From: Candidatus Bathyarchaeota archaeon
GTDB taxonomy: Archaea > Thermoproteota > Bathyarchaeia > Bathyarchaeales > Bathycorpusculaceae
NCBI GenBank assembly: GCA_963777155.1
Contig: CAVZPM010000009.1
Coordinates: forward strand, 1-64,000
Direction: 5' to 3'
Length of the DNA: 64,000 nt
The translations under genes were made by a program, and so were the position numbers. The notes beneath the pieces are model-generated. The model saw only the letters and a list, made by a program, of their open reading frames with translations, was not told the origin of the DNA and did not search any database. Shown here piece after piece: positions 61,794 to 64,000 of this stretch (its first letter is position 1; each line of letters begins with the position of its first letter).

Positions 61794-62186
61794 ATGAGCA
61801 GACCAGTAGATGTTGGAGAATTACGCGTAGGCGGCTACATGATGATTGAAGGCGAACCATGCCGCATAGTAGACATAGCTAAATCTAAACCTGGAAAACA
61901 TGGATCAGCCAAAGCAAGAATCGTCGCAATAGGCGTCTTCGACGGCCAAAAAAGACAGTTCGTAAAACCAGTCGACCTTGGCGCAGAAGTTCCAATAATC
62001 GACAAAAGAGCTGGCCAAGTGTTCGCTATTAACCCCACAGGTGTGCAAATAATGGACTTAGAGACCTATGAGTACTTAGATGCTCCGTTCCCAGATGAGC
62101 CAGAACTCAAAGCTAAACTTGTTGCTGGCGCAGAAATTGAATACTGGGCAATACTTGGGAAAGTAAAAATAGTTCGAGTAAAATAG
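61794..62186 (+). CDS. eif5a: Translation factor aIF5A
   Basis: SKPGKHGSAK hypusine motif. Confidence 0.98.
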   Translation: MSRPVDVGELRVGGYMMIEGEPCRIVDIAKSKPGKHGSAKARIVAIGVFDGQKRQFVKPVDLGAEVPIIDKRAGQVFAINPTGVQIMDLETYEYLDAPFPDEPELKAKLVAGAEIEYWAILGKVKIVRVK

Positions 62187-62264
62187 ATAACTTTTCTTTT
62201 TCTCGGTTTCCTATTTTGTTTTAGTTTCATTAATGTTTATGTTCTAGCTTTGAGCCTTTCTGCA

Positions 62265-62334
62265 TGAAGCCAATGATGCATGAAGAGCCGTCTGAATTGT
62301 GAAGAATAATCAATATGGGGAAACTGAGGCTTCA
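62265..62334 (+). ncRNA. Box C/D guide sRNA
   Basis: Terminal stem TGAAGCC/GGCTTCA; C ATGATGC, D' CTGA, C' GTGAAGA, D CTGA; D' guide ATGAAGAGCCGT. Confidence 0.8.
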
Positions 62335-62461
62335 AATTCGTTGATACGCTTACTAAAAAACGGCTTCCCTTGAAAAACACCTCAAATTCTGGGGCTATTA
62401 ACTGTTTATTTTGTGTAAACTTTATCTAAAAGAATAAGAATGTTTAGGCTGGAGACTCTGG

Positions 62462-63805
62462 ATGGCACTAGATAAGCTGGGTTCTTCGTTGACCTCAGCC
62501 ATAAAGAAGCTTTTCAAAGCTGGTGTAGTGGATGAAGCCGCAGTGAAGGAACTTGTCCGCGATATCCAACGTGCCCTGCTTCAAGCAGACGTAAATGTCC
62601 AACTTGTACTAGAAATCTCTAAACGCATCGAAGAACGAGCTCTAAACGAAAAAATGCCTCCTGGAATCTCGCGAAGAGAGCACGTCATAAAAGTGGTTTA
62701 TGAAGAATTAACACGTTTTGTTGGCGACAAACCTGTTCAGCTCAAGGTTGAACCAGGCAAGAAGAAAATTGTCATGTTGGTGGGTATTCAAGGTTCAGGA
62801 AAAACTACTCATGCTGCCAAGCTCGCAAGGTATTTCCAGAAAAGAGGATTAAAAGTTGGCTTGATTTGTGCGGATACATATCGGCCAGGAGCCTATAACC
62901 AGCTTCAACAGCTGTCAACAAGAACAAATACTCCTTTCTTTGGGGACCTTAGGGCGAAAGATCCTGTAAAAGTTGCCAGGGAAGGTCTAAAATTATTTAG
63001 CGATAAAGATTTGATAATCGTTGACACGGCGGGTAGGCACAAGGAAGAGAAAGATCTAATCAAGGAAATGAAGGACCTTGAAAAGAATCTTCATCCTGAC
63101 GAAGTCATCATGGTTATCGATGGCACGATAGGTCAGCAGGCTCTTGCACAAGCAAAAACCTTCCATGAAGCAACCCCCATCGGTGCCATTATCGTAACCA
63201 AACTCGATGGTTCCTCACGCGGCGGAGGGGCACTTTCCGCGGTTGCAGCAACGGGTGCACCAATCAAATTCATAGGTACAGGTGAAAAAATAGAGGACCT
63301 TGAAGCGTTCATTCCCTCGCGTTTCGTCGGTCGCCTTTTGGGCATGGGTGACTTAGAGACGCTTCTTGAAAAAGTTAAAGATGCTGAAATTAATGTTCCC
63401 CAGAAGAAAGCCAAAGACATCATGAGCGGCAACTTTACGTTAACAGATATGTATGAGCAATTCCAAGCGGTTAAAAAGATGGGACCTTTCGGCAAAGTGC
63501 TCAAAATGATTCCAGGAATGTCCGCCGATGTGCCAGAAGAAATGCTAAACACGGCCGAGGGGCGCTTGGATAAATGGGGTATAATCATTCAGTCCATGAC
63601 TCCAGCGGAAAAGGAGAACCCTAAGCTTTTGAATTCTTCACGGGCAAAACGCATCGCACGCGGTTCAGGAACAACAGAAAAGGAAGTCAAAGAACTACTC
63701 AAGCAGTACGTTATGATGCGAAAGATGCTCAAGATGTTTAAACATAAAAAGAAGTTGCCCTTCGGTTTGGGTGGCAAAGGCATGGGTATGCCTGGTATGA
63801 AGTAG
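62462..63805 (+). CDS. srp54: Signal recognition particle protein SRP54
   Basis: GIQGSGKTT, DTAGR, TKLDG, M domain IIQSMT..E...RIARGSG. Confidence 0.98.
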   Translation: MALDKLGSSLTSAIKKLFKAGVVDEAAVKELVRDIQRALLQADVNVQLVLEISKRIEERALNEKMPPGISRREHVIKVVYEELTRFVGDKPVQLKVEPGKKKIVMLVGIQGSGKTTHAAKLARYFQKRGLKVGLICADTYRPGAYNQLQQLSTRTNTPFFGDLRAKDPVKVAREGLKLFSDKDLIIVDTAGRHKEEKDLIKEMKDLEKNLHPDEVIMVIDGTIGQQALAQAKTFHEATPIGAIIVTKLDGSSRGGGALSAVAATGAPIKFIGTGEKIEDLEAFIPSRFVGRLLGMGDLETLLEKVKDAEINVPQKKAKDIMSGNFTLTDMYEQFQAVKKMGPFGKVLKMIPGMSADVPEEMLNTAEGRLDKWGIIIQSMTPAEKENPKLLNSSRAKRIARGSGTTEKEVKELLKQYVMMRKMLKMFKHKKKLPFGLGGKGMGMPGMK

Positions 63806-63815
63806 GCTAAGTGCC

Positions 63816-64000
63816 ATGGATGTTCTAGAAAAAGCCTATGAGATTCTCAGCAAATTCCCGCTTTGTGACCACTGTTTAGGTAGACAATTCGCGTTGTTGG
63901 GTTACAGCATGGAGAACAACGTGCGGGGGAACGCATTAAAAGTCAGTTTGACAATGCTTGCCAATGATCTTGCCCAGGAAAAAAAAGTCGAGGGCATAAA
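63816..64000 (+). CDS. pus10: tRNA pseudouridine synthase Pus10 (partial, runs off window)
   Basis: MDVLEKA...LCDHCLGRQFALLG...N..RG N-terminus. Confidence 0.85.
   Translation, partial: MDVLEKAYEILSKFPLCDHCLGRQFALLGYSMENNVRGNALKVSLTMLANDLAQEKKVEGI

Overview
A 64-kb core-chromosome segment of an anaerobic TACK-group archaeon, most likely Bathyarchaeia (inferred from PolD plus Elf1, Fae-Hps and GGGP synthase). It contains informational clusters (rps6e-eIF2g, PIN-rpo7-spt4-DPCK-rps24e-rps27ae, rpl3-4-23-2-rps19, eIF5A, SRP54, pus10), tRNA-Glu, an intron-containing tRNA-Ser, a box C/D sRNA, an aconitase-IDH-ATP citrate lyase operon, and the cdc6-linked replication origin with four ORB boxes. The most striking unexplained signal lies directly beside oriC (47.6-50.5 kb). 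Three uncharacterised predicted DNA-binding proteins, one of them membrane-anchored with a coiled coil, sit among two separate dense arrays of short motifs. GTGAA/TTCAC copies flank one gene, and GTGAY/RTCAC copies (including tandem 7-bp units and palindromes) flank the others. I interpret this as a candidate origin-tethering or segregation module. No CRISPR array or intact mobile element is visible. Two genes (DPCK, aclB) carry +1 frameshifts that may be assembly errors. All family assignments are from recognised motifs, not database searches.
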